DNA from: Eledone cirrhosa
Lineage: Eukaryota
Direction of reading: 5' to 3'
NCBI GenBank assembly: GCA_964016885.1
Contig: OZ024743.1
Span: 185,566,001 to 185,630,000 of the forward strand
Length of the DNA: 64,000 nt
Part shown: positions 41,621 through 54,650 of the stretch, piece by piece
How the letters are laid out: each line of letters begins with the position of its first letter
How positions within the stretch are numbered: the stretch's first letter is position 1
Notes under the pieces: generated by a model
Told to the model about the DNA's origin: nothing
Databases searched by the model: none
Seen by the model: the letters and a program-made list of their open reading frames with translations, nothing else
Made by a program: the position numbers and the translations under genes

Positions 41621-44600
41621 TGGCATAAACGTTAACAGTGTTGGTGAGTAAGATTCTAGTATGGCATAAACGTTAACAGTGTTGGTGAGTGAGATTCTAG
41701 TATGGCATAAACGTTAACAGTATTGGTGAGTGAGATTCTAGTATGGCATAAACGTTAACAGTGTTGGTGAGTCAGATTCTAGCATGGCATAAACGTTAAC
41801 AGTTTTGTTGAGTCAGATTCTAGTATGGCATAAACGTTAACAGTGTTGGTTAGTGAGATTCTAGTATGGCATAAACGTTAACAGTGTTGGTGAGTGAGAT
41901 TCTAGTATGGCATAAACGTTAACAGTTTTGTTGAGTCAGATTCTAGCATGGTATAAACGTTAACAGTGTTGGTGAGTGAGATTCTAGTATGGCATAAACG
42001 TTAACAGTTTGGTGAGTCAGATTCTAGCATGGCATAAACGTTAACAGTGTTGGTGAGTGAGATTCTAGTATGGCATAAACGTTAACAGTGTTGGTGAGTG
42101 AGATTCTAGCATGGCATAAACGTTAACAGTGTTGGTGAGTGAGATTCTAGTATGGCATAAACGTTAACAGTGTTGGTGAGTGAGATTCTAGCATGGCATA
42201 AACGTTAACAGTGTTGGTGAGTGAGATTCTAGCATGGCATAAACGTTAACAGTGTTGGTGAGTGAGATTCTAGCATGGCATAAACGTTAACAGTGTTGGT
42301 GAGTGAGATTCTAGTATCGCATAAACGTTAACAGTGTTTGTGAGTGAGATTCTAGTATGGCATAAACGTTAACATTGTTGGTGAGTGAGATTCTAGTATG
42401 GCATAAACGTTAAAAGTGTTGTTGAGTGAGATTATAGCATGGCATACACATTAACAGTTTTGTTGAGTGAGATTCTAGCATGGTATAAAGGTTAACAGTG
42501 TTGTTGAGTGAGATTCTAGTATGGCATAAACGTTAACAGTGTTGGTGAGTGAGATTATAGCATGGCATACACATTAACAGTTTTGTTGAGTGAGATTCTA
42601 GCATGGTATAAAGGTTAACAGTGTTGTTGAGTGAGATTCTAGTATGGCATAAACGTTAACAGTGTTGTTGAGTCAGATTCTAGTATGGCATACACGTTAA
42701 CAGTGTTGGTGAGTGAGAATCTAGTATGGCATACACGTTAACAGTGTTGTTGAGTGAGATTCTAGTATGGCATAAACGTTAACAGTGTTGGTGAGTGAGA
42801 TTCTAGTATGGCATACACGTTAACAGTGTTGGTGAGTGAGATTCTAGTATGGCATACACATTAACAGTGTTGTTGATTAAGATTCTAGTATGGCATACAC
42901 ATTAACAGTGTTGGTGAGTGAGATTCTAGTATGGCATACACGTTAACAGTGTTGGTGAGTGAGATTCTAGTATGGCATAAACGTTAACAGTGTTGGTGAG
43001 TGAGATTCTAGTATGGCATAAACGTTAACAGTGTTGGTGAGTAAGATTCTAGTATGGCATAAACGTTAACAGTGTTGGTGAGTGAGATTCTAGTATGGCA
43101 TAAACGTTAACAGTGTTGGTGAGTGAGATTCTAGTATGGCATAAACGTTAACAGTGTTGGTGAGTCAGATTCTAGCATGGCATAAACGTTAACAGTTTTG
43201 TTGAGTCAGATTCTAGTATGGCATAAACGTTAACAGTGTTGGTGAGTGAGATTCTAGTATGGCATAAACGTTAACAGTGTTGGTGAGTGAGATTCTAGTA
43301 TGGCATAAACGTTAACAGTTTTGTTGAGTCAGATTCTAGCATGGCATAAACGTTAACAGTGTTGGTGAGTGAGATTCTAGTATGGCATAAACGTTAACAG
43401 TGTTGGTGAGTCAGATTCTAGCATGGCATAAACGTTAACAGTGTTGGTGAGTGAGATTCTAGTATCGCATAAACGTTAACAGTGTTGGTGAGTGAGATTC
43501 TAGTATGGCATAAACGTTAACAGTGTTGGTGAGTAAGATTCTAGTATGGCATAAACGTTAACAGTGTTGGTGAGTGAGATTCTAGTATGGCATAAACGTT
43601 AACAGTGTTGGTGAGTGAGATTCTAGTATGGCATAAACGTTAACAGTGTTGGTGAGTGAGTTTCTAGTATGGCATAAACGTTAACAGTGTTGGTGAGTGA
43701 GATTCTAGTATGGCATAAACGTTAACAGTTTTGTTGAGTCAGATTCTAGTATGGCATAAACGTTAACAGTGTTGGTGAGTGAGATTCTAGTATGGCATAA
43801 ACGTTAACAGTGTTGGTGAGTGAGATTCTAGTATGGCATAAACGTTAACAGTTTTGTTGAGTCAGATTCTAGCATGGCATAAACGTTAACAGTGTTGGTG
43901 AGTGAGATTCTAGTATGGCATAAACGTTAACAGTGTTGGTGAGTCAGATTCTAGCATGGCATAAACGTTAACAGTTTTGGTGAGTGAGATTCTAGTATGG
44001 CATAAACGTTAACAGTGTTGGTGAGTGAGATTCTAGCATGGCATAAACGTTAACAGTGTTGGTGAGTGAGATTCTAGCATGGCATAAACGTTAGCAGTGT
44101 TGGTGAGTGAGATTCTAGCATGGCATAAACGTTAACAGTGTTGGTGAGTGAGATTCTAGTATGGCATAAACGTTAACAGTGTTGGTGAGTGAGATTCTAG
44201 TATGGCATAAACATTAACAGTGTTGTTGGGTGAGATTCTAGTATGGCATACACATTAACAGTGTTGTTGAGTGAGATTCTAGTATGGCATAAATGTTAAC
44301 AGTGTTGTTGCGTGTGATTCTAGCATGGCATAAATGCTAACAGTGTTGTTCAGTGAGATTATAGTATGGCATAAACGTTAACAGTGTTGGTGAGTGAGAT
44401 TCTAGTATGGCACAAACGTTAACAGTGTTTGTGAGTGAGATTCTAACATGGCATAAACGTTAACAGTGTTGTTGACTGAGATTCTAGCATGGCATAAACG
44501 TTAACAGTGTTGTTGAGTGAGATTCTAGCATGGCATAAACGTTAACAGTGTTAGTGAGTGAGATTCTAGAATGGCATAAACGTTAACAGTGTTGTTGAGT

Positions 44601-47000
44601 GAGATTCTAGCATGGTATAAACGTTAACAGTGTTGTTGAGTGAGATTCTAGTATGGCATAAACGTTAACAGTGTTGGTGAGTGAGATTCTAGTATGGCAT
44701 AAACGTTAACAGTGTTGTTGAGTCAGATTCTAGTATGGCATACACGTTAACATTGTTGGTGAGTGAGATTCTAGTATGGCATACACGTTAACAGTGTTGT
44801 TGAGTGAGATTCTAGTATGGCATAAACGTTAACAGTGTTGGTGAGTGAGATTCTAGTATGGCATACACGTTAACAGTGTTGGTGAGTGAGATTCTAGTAT
44901 GGCATACACATTAACAGTGTTGTTGATTAAGATTCTAGTATGGCATACACATTAACAGTGTTGGTGAGTGAGATTCTAGTATGGCATACACGTTAACAGT
45001 GTTGGTGAGTGAGATTCTAGTATCGCATAAACGTTAACAGTGTTGGTGAGTGAGATTCTAGTATGGCATAAACGTTAACAGTGTTGGTGAGTAAGATTCT
45101 AGTATGGCATAAACGTTAACAGTGTTGGTGAGTGAGATTCTAGTATGGCATAAACGTTAACAGTGTTGGTGAGTGAGATTCTAGTATGGCATAAACGTTA
45201 ACAGTGTTGGTGAGTCAGATTCTAGCATGGCATAAACGTTAACAGTTTTGTTGAGTCAGATTCTAGTATGGCATAAACGTTAACAGTGTTGGTTAGTGAG
45301 ATTCTAGTATGGCATAAACGTTAACAGTGTTGGTGAGTGAGATTCTAGTATGGCATAAACGTTAACAGTTTTGTTGAGTCAGATTCTAGCATGGTATAAA
45401 CGTTAACAGTGTTGGTGAGTGAGATTCTAGTATGGCATAAACGTTAACAGTGTTGGTGAGTCAGATTCTAGCATGGCATAAACGTTAACAGTGTTGGTGA
45501 GTGAGATTCTAGTATGGCATAAACGTTAACAGTGTTGGTGAGTGAGATTCTAGCATGGCATAAACGTTAACAGTGTTGGTGAGTGAGATTCTAGTATGGC
45601 ATAAACGTTAACAGTGTTGGTGAGTGAGATTCTAGCATGGCATAAACGTTAACAGTGTTGGTGAGTGAGATTCTAGCATGGCATAAACGTTAACAGTGTT
45701 GGTGAGTGAGATTCTAGCATGGCATAAACGTTAACAGTGTTGGTGAGTGAGATTCTAGTATCGCATAAACGTTAACAGTGTTTGTGAGTGAGATTCTAGT
45801 ATGGCATAAACGTTAACATTGTTGGTGAGTGAGATTCTAGTATGGCATAAACGTTAAAAGTGTTGTTGAGTGAGATTATAGCATGGCATACACATTAACA
45901 GTTTTGTTGAGTGAGATTCTAGCATGGTATAAAGGTTAACAGTGTTGTTGAGTGAGATTCTAGTATGGCATAAACGTTAACAGTGTTGGTGAGTGAGATT
46001 CTAGTATGGCATAAACGTTAACAGTGTTGTTGAGTCAGATTCTAGTATGGCATACACGTTAACAGTGTTGGTGAGTGAGAATCTAGTATGGCATACACGT
46101 TAACAGTGTTGTTGAGTGAGATTCTAGTATGGCATAAACGTTAACAGTGTTGGTGAGTGAGATTCTAGTATGGCATACACGTTAACAGTGTTGGTGAGTG
46201 AGATTCTAGTATGGCATACACATTAACAGTGTTGTTGATTAAGATTCTAGTATGGCATACACATTAACAGTGTTGGTGAGTGAGATTCTAGTATGGCATA
46301 CACGTTAACAGTGTTGGTGAGTGAGATTCTAGTATGGCATAAACGTTAACAGTGTTGGTGAGTGAGATTCTAGTATGGCATAAACGTTAACAGTGTTGGT
46401 GAGTAAGATTCTAGTATGGCATAAACGTTAACAGTGTTGGTGAGTGAGATTCTAGTATGGCATAAACGTTAACAGTGTTGGTGAGTGAGATTCTAGTATG
46501 GCATAAACGTTAACAGTGTTGGTGAGTCAGATTCTAGCATGGCATAAACGTTAACAGTTTTGTTGAGTCAGATTCTAGTATGGCATAAACGTTAACAGTG
46601 TTGGTGAGTGAGATTCTAGTATGGCATAAACGTTAACAGTGTTGGTGAGTGAGATTCTAGTATGGCATAAACGTTAACAGTTTTGTTGAGTCAGATTCTA
46701 GCATGGCATAAACGTTAACAGTGTTGGTGAGTGAGATTCTAGTATGGCATAAACGTTAACAGTGTTGGTGAGTCAGATTCTAGCATGGCATAAACGTTAA
46801 CAGTGTTGGTGAGTGAGATTCTAGTATCGCATAAACGTTAACAGTGTTGGTGAGTGAGATTCTAGTATGGCATAAACGTTAACAGTGTTGGTGAGTAAGA
46901 TTCTAGTATGGCATAAACGTTAACAGTGTTGGTGAGTGAGATTCTAGTATGGCATAAACGTTAACAGTGTTGGTGAGTGAGATTCTAGTATGGCATAAAC
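40200..47000. repeat. Tandem block duplication, offset 84 then 82 monomers
   Basis: GAGTTTCTAG at 40215/43658, GCGTGTGA at 40867/44310 and CATTGTTGG at 41308/44751 (3443 = 84x41-1). GAGTGAGAAT at 42711/46073 (3362 = 82x41). Confidence 0.87.
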
Positions 47001-47849
47001 GTTAACAGTGTTGGTGAGTCAGATTCTAGCATGGCATAAACGTTAACAGTTTTGTTGAGTCAGATTCTAGTATGGCATAAACGTTAACAGTGTTGGTTAG
47101 TGAGATTCTAGTATGGCATAAACGTTAACAGTGTTGGTGAGTGAGATTCTAGTATGGCATAAACGTTAACAGTTTTGTTGGTCAGATTCTAGCATGGCAT
47201 AAACGTTAACAGTGTTGGTGAGTGAGATTCTAGTATGGCATAAACGTTAACAGTGTTGGTGAGTCAGATTCTAGCATGGCATAAACGTTAACAGTGTTGG
47301 TGAGTGAGATTCTAGTATGGCATAAACGTTAACAGTGTTGGTGAGTGAGATTCTAGCATGGCATAAACGTTAACAGTGTTGGTGAGTGAGATTCTAGCAT
47401 GGCATAAACGTTAACAGTGTTGGTGAGTGAGATTCTAGTATGGCATAAACGTTAACAGTGTTGGTAAGTGAGATTCTAGCATGGCATAAACGTTAACAGT
47501 GTTGGTGAGTGAGATTCTAGCATGGCATAAACGTTAACAGTGTTGGTGAGTGAGATTCTAGCATGGCATAAACGTTAACAGTGTTGGTGAGTGAGATTCT
47601 AGTATGGCATAAACGTTAACAGTGTTTGTGAGTGAGATTCTAGTATGGCATAAACGTTAACAGTGTTGGTGAGTGAGATTCTAGTATGGCATAAACATTA
47701 ACAGTGTTGTTGAGTGAGATTCTAGTATGGCATAAACGTTAACAGTGTTGGTGAGTGAGATTCTAGTATGGCATAAACGTTAACAGTGTTGTTGAGTGAG
47801 ATTCTAGTATGGCATACACATTAACAGTGTTGTTGAGTGCGATTCTAGC

Positions 47850-50800
47850 ATGGCATACACGTTAAAAGTGTTGTTGAGTGAGATTATAGCATGGCATACA
47901 CATTAACAGTGTTGGTGAGTGAGATTCTAGTATAGCATAAAGGTTAACAGTGTTGGTGAGTGAGATTCTAGTATGGCATAAACGTTAACAGTGTTGGTTA
48001 GGGAGATTCTAGTATGGCATAAACGTTAACAGTGTTGGTGAGTGAGATTCTAGTATGGCATAAACGTTAACAGTTTTGTCGAGTCAGATTCTAGCATGGC
48101 ATAAAAGTTAATAGTGTTGGTGAGTGAGATTCTAGTATGGCATAAACGTTAACAGTGTTGGTGAGTCAGATTCTAGCATGGCATAAACGTTAACAGTGTT
48201 GGTGAGTGAGATTCTAGTATGGCATAAACGTTAACAGTGTTGGTGAGTGAGATTCTAGCATGGCATAAACGTTGACAGTGTTGGTGAGTGAGATTCTAGC
48301 ATGGCATAAACGTTAACAGTGTTGGTGAGTGAGATTCTAGTATGGCATAAACGTTAACAGTGTTGGTAAGTGAGATTCTAGCATGGCATAAACGTTAACA
48401 GTGTTGGTGAGTGAGATTCTAGCATGGCATAAACGTTAACAGTGTTGGTGAGTGAGATTTTAGCAAGGCATAAACGTTAACAGTGTTGGTGAGTGAGATT
48501 CTAGTATGGCATAAACGTTAACAGTGTTTGTGAGTGAGATTCTAGTATGGCATAAACGTTAACAGTGTTGGTGAGTGAGATTCTAGCATGGCATAAACGT
48601 TAACAGTGTTGGTGAGTGAGATTCTAGTATGGCATAAACGTTAACAGTGTTGGTGAGTGAGATTCTAGCATGGCATAAACGTTAACAGTGTTGGTGAGTG
48701 AGATTCTAGCATGGCATAAACGTTAACAGTGTTGGTGAGTGAGATTCTAGCATGGCATAAACGTTAACAGTGTTGGTGAGTGAGATTCTAGTATGGCATA
48801 AACGTTAACAGTGTTTGTGAGTGAGATTCTAGTATGGCATAAACGTTAACATTGTTGGTGAGTGAGATTCTAGTATGGCATAAACGTTAACAGTGTTGGT
48901 GAGTGAGATTCTAGTATGGCATAAACATTAACATTGTTGTTGAGTGAGATTCTAGTATGGCATAAACGTTAACAGTGTTGGTGAGTGCGATTCTAGTATG
49001 GCATAAACATTAACAGTGTTGTTGAGTGAGATTCTAGTATGGCATAAACGTTAACAGTTTTGGTGAGTGAGATTCTAGTATGGCATAAACGTTAACAGTG
49101 TTGTTGAGTGAGATTCTAGTATGGCATACACATTAACAGTGTTGTTGAGTGCGATTCTAGCATGGCATACACGTTAAAAGTGTTGTTGAGTGAGATTATA
49201 GCATGGCATACACATTAACAGTGTTGTTGAGTGAGATTCTAGTATAGCATAAACGTTAACAGTGTTGGTGAGTGAGATTCTAGTATGGCATAAACGTTAA
49301 CAGTGTTGGTTAGTTAGATTCTAGTATGGCATAAACGTTAACAGTGTTGGTGAGTGAGATTCTAGTATGGCATAAACGTTAACAGTTTTGTTGAGTCAGA
49401 TTCTAGCATGGCATAAACGTTAACAGTGTTGGTGAGTGAGATTCTAGTATGGCATAAACGTTAACAGTGTTGGTGAGTCAGATTCTAGCATGGCATAAAC
49501 GTTAACAGTGTTGGTGAGTGAGATTCTAGTATAGCCTAAACGTTAACAGTGTTGGTGAGTGAGATTCTAGCATGGCATAAACGTTAACAGTGTTGGTGAG
49601 TGACATTCTAGCATGGCATAAACGTTAACAGTGTTGGTGAGTGAGATTCTAGTATGGCATAAACGTTAACAGTGTTGGTAAGTGAGATTCTAGCATGGCA
49701 TAAACGTTAACAGTGTTGGTGAGTGAGATTCTAGCATGGCATAAACGTTAACAGTGTTGGTGAGTGAGATTCTAGCATGGCATAAACGTTAACAGTGTTG
49801 GTGAGTGAGATTCTAGTATGGCATAAACGTTAACAGTGTTTGTGAGTGAGATTCTAGTATGGCATAAACGTTAACAGTGTTGGTGAGTGAGATTCTAGCA
49901 TGGCATAAACGTTAACAGTGTTGGTGAGTGAGATTCTAGTATGGCATAAACGTTAACAGTGTTGGTGAGTGAGATTCTAGCATGGCATAAACGTTAACAG
50001 TGTTGGTGAGTGAGATTCTAGCATAGCATAAACGTTAACAGTGTTGGTGAGTGAGATTCTAGCATGGCATAAACGTTAACAGTGTTGGTGAGTGAGATTC
50101 TAGTATGGCATAAACGTTAACAGTGTTTGTGAGTGAGATTCTAGTATGGCATAAACGTTAACATTGTTGGTGAGTGAGATTCTAGTATGGCATAAACGTT
50201 AACAGTGTTGGTGAGTGAGATTCTAGTATGTCATAAACATTAACATTGTTGTTGAGTGAGATTCTAGTATGGCATAAACGTTAACAGTGTTGGTGAGTGC
50301 GATTCTAGTATGGCATAAACATTAACAGTGTTGTTGAGTGAGATTCTAGTATGGCATAAACGTTAACAGTGTTGGTGAGTGAGATTCTAGTATGGCATAA
50401 ACGTTAACAGTGTTGTTGAGTGAGATTCTAGTATGGCATACACATTAACAGTGTTGTTGAGTGCGATTCTAGCATGGCATACACGTTAAACGTGTTGTTG
50501 AGTGATATTATAGCATGGCATACACATTAACAGTGTTGTTGAGTGATATTCTAGTATAGCATAAACGTTAACAGTGTTGGTGAGTGAGATTCTAGTATGG
50601 CATAAACGTTAACAGTGTTGGTGAGTGAGATTCTAGTATGGCATACACATTAACAGTGTTGTTGAGTGAGATTCTTACATGGCATAAACGTTAACAGTGT
50701 TGTTGACTGAGATTCTAGCATGGCATAAACGTTAACAGTGTTGTTGAGTGAGATTCTAGCATGGCATAAACGTTAACAGTGTTGTTGAGTGAGATTCTAG

Positions 50801-53800
50801 CATGGCATAAACGTTAACAGTGTTGTTGAGTTAGATTCTAGCATGGTATAAACGTTAACAGTGTTGGTGAGTGAGATTCTAGCATGGCATAAACGTTAAC
50901 AGTGTTGTTGAGTGAGATTCTAGCATGGTATAAACGTTAACAGTGTTGTTGAGTGAGATTCTAGCATGGTATAAACGTTAACAGTGTTGGTGAGTGAGAT
51001 TCTAGCATGGCATAAACGTTAACAGTGTTGTTGAGTGAGATTCTAGCATGGCATAAACGTTAACAGTGTTGTTGAGTGAGATTGTAGTATGGCATAAACG
51101 TTAACAGTGTTGGTGAGTGAGATTCTAGCATGGCATAAACGTTAACAGTGGTGGTGAGTGAGATTCTAGCATGGCATAAACGTTAACAGTGTTGTTGAGT
51201 GAGATTCTAGCATGGCATAAACGTTAACAGTGTTGTTGAGTGAGATTGTAGTATGGCATAAACGTTAACAGTGTTGGTGAGTGAGATTCTAGCATGGCAT
51301 AAACGTTAACAGTGTTGGTGAGTGAGATTCTAGCATGGCATACACGTTAAAAGTGTTGTTGAGTGAGATTATAGCATGGCATACACATTAACAGTGTTGG
51401 TGAGTGAGATTCTAGTATAGCATAAAGGTTAACAGTGTTGGTGAGTGAGATTCTAGTATGGCATAAACGTTAACAGTGTTGGTTAGTGAGATTCTAGTAT
51501 GGCATAAACGTTAACAGTGTTGGTGAGTGAGATTCTAGTATGGCATAAACGTTAACAGTTTTGTCGAGTCAGATTCTAGCATGGCATAAAAGTTAATAGT
51601 GTTGGTGAGTGAGATTCTAGTATGGCATAAACGTTAACAGTGTTGGTGAGTCAGATTCTAGCATGGCATAAACGTTAACAGTGTTGGTGAGTGAGATTCT
51701 AGTATGGCATAAACGTTAACAGTGTTGGTGAGTGAGATTCTAGCATGGCATAAACGTTGACAGTGTTGGTGAGTGAGATTCTAGCATGGCATAAACGTTA
51801 ACAGTGTTGGTGAGTGAGATTCTAGTATGGCATAAACGTTAACAGTTTTGGTAAGTGAGATTCTAGCATGGCATAAACGTTAACAGTGTTGGTGAGTGAG
51901 ATTCTAGCATGGCATAAACGTTAACAGTGTTGGTGAGTGAGATTTTAGCAAGGCATAAACGTTAAGAGTGTTGGTGAGTGAGATTCTAGTATGGCATAAA
52001 CGTTAACAGTGTTTGTGAGTGAGATTCTAGTATGGCATAAACGTTAACAGTGTTGGTGAGTGAGATTCTAGCATGGCATAAACGTTAACAGTGTTGGTGA
52101 GTGAGATTCTAGTATGGCATAAACGTTAACAGTGTTGGTGAGTGAGATTCTAGCATGGCATAAACGTTAACAGTGTTGGTGAGTGAGATTCTAGCATGGC
52201 ATAAACGTTAACAGTGTTGGTGAGTGAGATTCTAGCATGGCATAAACGTTAACAGTGTTGGTGAGTGAGATTCTAGTATGGCATAAACGTTAACAGTGTT
52301 TGTGAGTGAGATTCTAGTATGGCATAAACGTTAACATTGTTGGTGAGTGAGATTCTAGTATGGCATAAACGTTAACAGTGTTGGTGAGTGAGATTCTAGT
52401 ATGGCATAAACATTAACATTGTTGTTGAGTGAGATTCTAGTATGGCATAAACGTTAACAGTGTTGGTGAGTGCGATTCTAGTATGGCATAAACATTAACA
52501 GTGTTGTTGAGTGAGATTCTAGTATGGCATAAACGTTAACAGTTTTGGTGAGTGAGATTCTAGTATGGCATAAACGTTAACAGTGTTGTTGAGTGAGATT
52601 CTAGTATGGCATACACATTAACAGTGTTGTTGAGTGCGATTCTAGCATGGCATACAGGTTAAAAGTGTTGTTGAGTGAGATTATAGCATGGCATACACAT
52701 TAACAGTGTTGTTGAGTGAGATTCTAGTATAGCATAAACGTTAACAGTGTTGGTGAGTGAGATTCTAGTATGGCATAAACGTTAACAGTGTTGGTTAGTT
52801 AGATTCTAGTATCGCATAAACGTTAACAGTGTTGGTGAGTGAGATTCTAGTATGGCATAAACGTTAACAGTTTTGTTGAGTCAGATTCTAGCATGGCATA
52901 AACGTTAACAGTGTTGGTGAGTGAGATTCTAGTATGGCATAAACGTTAACAGTGTTGGTGAGTCAGATTCTAGCATGGCATAAACGTTAACAGTGTTGGT
53001 GAGTGAGATTCTAGTATAGCCTAAACGTTAACAGTGTTGGTGAGTGAGATTCTAGCATGGCATAAACGTTAACAGTGTTGGTGAGTGACATTCTAGCATG
53101 GCATAAACGTTAACAGTGTTGGTGAGTGAGATTCTAGTATGGCATAAACGTTAACAGTGTTGGTAAGTGAGATTCTAGCATGGCATAAACGTTAACAGTG
53201 TTGGTGAGTGAGATTCTAGCATGGCATAAACGTTAACAGTGTTGGTGAGTGAGATTCTAGCATGGCATTAACGTTAACAGTGTTGGTGAGTGAGATTCTA
53301 GTATGGCATAAACGTTAACAGTGTTTGTGAGTGAGATTCTAGTATGGCATAAACGTTAACAGTGTTGGTGAGTGAGATTCTAGCATGGCATAAACGTTAA
53401 CAGTGTTGGTGAGTGAGATTCTAGTATGGCATAAACGTTAACAGTGTTTGTGAGTGAGATTCTAGTATGGCATAAACGTTAACATTGTTGGTGAGTGAGA
53501 TTCTAGTATGGCATAAACGTTAACAGTGTTGGTGAGTGAGATTCTAGTATGGCATAAACCTTAACATTGTTGTTGAGTGAGATTCTAGTATGGCATAAAC
53601 GTTAACAGTGTTGGTGAGTGCGATTCTAGTATGGCATAAACATTAACAGTGTTGTTGAGTGAGATTCTAGTATGGCATAAACGTTAACAGTGTTGGTGAG
53701 TGAGATTCTAGTATGGCATAAACGTTAACAGTGTTGTTGAGTGAGATTCTAGTATGGCATACACATTAACAGTGTTGTTGAGTGCGATTCTAGCATGGCA

Positions 53801-54650
53801 TACACGTTAAACGTGTTGTTGAGTGAGATTATAGCATGGCATACACATTAACAGTGTTGTTGAGTGATATTCTAGTATAGCATAAACGTTAACAGTGTTG
53901 GTGAGTGAGATTCTAGTATGGCATAAACGTTAACAGTGTTGGTGAGTGAGATTCTAGTATGGCATACACATTAACAGTGTTGTTGAGTGAGATTCTTACA
54001 TGGCATAAACGTTAACAGTGTTGTTGACTGAGATTCTAGCATGGCATAAACGTTAACAGTGTTGTTGAGTGAGATTCTAGCATGGCATAAACGTTAACAG
54101 TGTTGTTGAGTGAGATTCTAGCATGGCATAAACGTTAACAGTTTGTTGAGTTAGATTCTAGCATGGTATAAACGTTAACAGTGTTGGTGAGTGAGATTCT
54201 AGCATGGCATAAACGTTAACAGTGTTGTTGAGTGAGATTCTAGCATGGTATAAACGTTAACAGTGTTGTTGAGTGAGATTCTAGCATGGTATAAACGTTA
54301 ACAGTGTTGGTGAGTGAGATTCTAGCATGGCATAAACGTTAACAGTGTTGTTGAGTGAGATTCTAGCATGGCATAAACGTTAACAGTGTTGTTGAGTGAG
54401 ATTGTAGTATGGCATAAACGTTAACAGTGTTGGTGAGTGAGATTCTAGCATGGCATAAACGTTAACAGTGGTGGTGAGTGAGATTCTAGCATGGCATAAA
54501 CGTTAACAGTGTTGTTGAGTGAGATTCTAGCATGGCATAAACGTTAACAGTGTTGTTGAGTGAGATTGTAGTATGGCATAAACGTTAACAGTGTTGGTGA
54601 GTGAGATTCTAGCATGGCATAAACGTTAACAGTGTTGGTGAGTGCGATTC
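47850..54650. repeat. Tandem block duplication, offset 85 then 81 monomers, with a nested 32-monomer periodicity
   Basis: GAGTCAG after GTC (48081/51566), TAGCAAGG (48461/51946), ATAGCCTAAA (49531/53016) and TGACATTC (49601/53086) are all 3485 = 85x41 apart. GTGGTGAG at 51151/54471 (3320 = 81x41-1). GCGATTCTAGCATGGCATACACGTTAAA at 47839/49151/50463 (1312 = 32x41). Confidence 0.9.
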
